IMG/VR virus record: IMGVR_UViG_3300046778_000250 | Coordinates: 1 to 35,807 of that record | DNA: 35,807 nt | Strand: one strand, 5' to 3' | Source of the DNA: a virus | Lineage: Duplodnaviria; Caudoviricetes | Shown here: positions 35,760 through 35,807 of the stretch, piece by piece | How positions within the stretch are numbered: position 1 is the stretch's first letter | Layout of the letters: the number at the start of each line of letters is the position of its first letter | The notes under the pieces: model-generated | Seen by the model: the letters and a program-made list of their open reading frames with translations, nothing else | The model's database searches: none | Told to the model about the DNA's origin: nothing | Made by a program: the position numbers and the translations under genes

Positions 35760-35807
35760 TTATCCCTCTACTCTCCCACCCATCCACCCCCACCCTTTCC
35801 CCTCAAC

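Larger units (their letters stand above)
1..35807. mobile_element. Temperate cyanobacterial phage genome (Mu-like head genes, tyrosine integrase, non-contractile tail), incomplete at both ends
   Basis: Terminases, portal, protease, capsid, tape measure, endolysin, integrase with attP and a divergent HTH switch are all present; no host housekeeping genes; HIP1-type palindromes throughout. Confidence 0.95.

Noticed and set aside
1-35807. Transposable Mu-type phage, or a closed circular genome
   Set aside because: No DDE transposase or MuB seen; the window ends do not overlap and the first gene is truncated

Overview
The whole window is most of the genome of a temperate, long-tailed (siphovirus-like) phage of a cyanobacterium; abundant GCGATCGC, TCGATCGA and CGATCG sites point to the host group. 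It has Mu-like head and neck genes but a tyrosine integrase, with an intact attP (3' half of tRNA-Thr(GGT) plus GGGGTAAA arm repeats) inside the window, so this is the excised or free form, broken in the early/replication region. Layout: replication/early genes (1-2.9 kb), attP-int (2.9-4.3 kb), a leftward packaging/portal/lysis arm (4.3-15.4 kb), a rightward capsid-tail arm (15.4-32.4 kb), then an immunity switch and early genes (32.5-35.8 kb). Most notable observations: (1) a covarying structured 5' leader cassette shared by two unrelated accessory genes; (2) antisense NUMOD4-HNH cassettes with a 93% identical 94-bp non-coding end, one of which replaced the 3' end of its host gene; (3) a Calx-beta domain split across two tail genes, with its first strand triplicated and a +1 frame junction at a UGA; (4) a MuF protein with an HExxH C-terminal domain and a candidate immunity gene; (5) a small inserted gene resembling Acb2/Tad1-type anti-defence proteins. 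All family calls come from motif recognition by eye; no searches were run.
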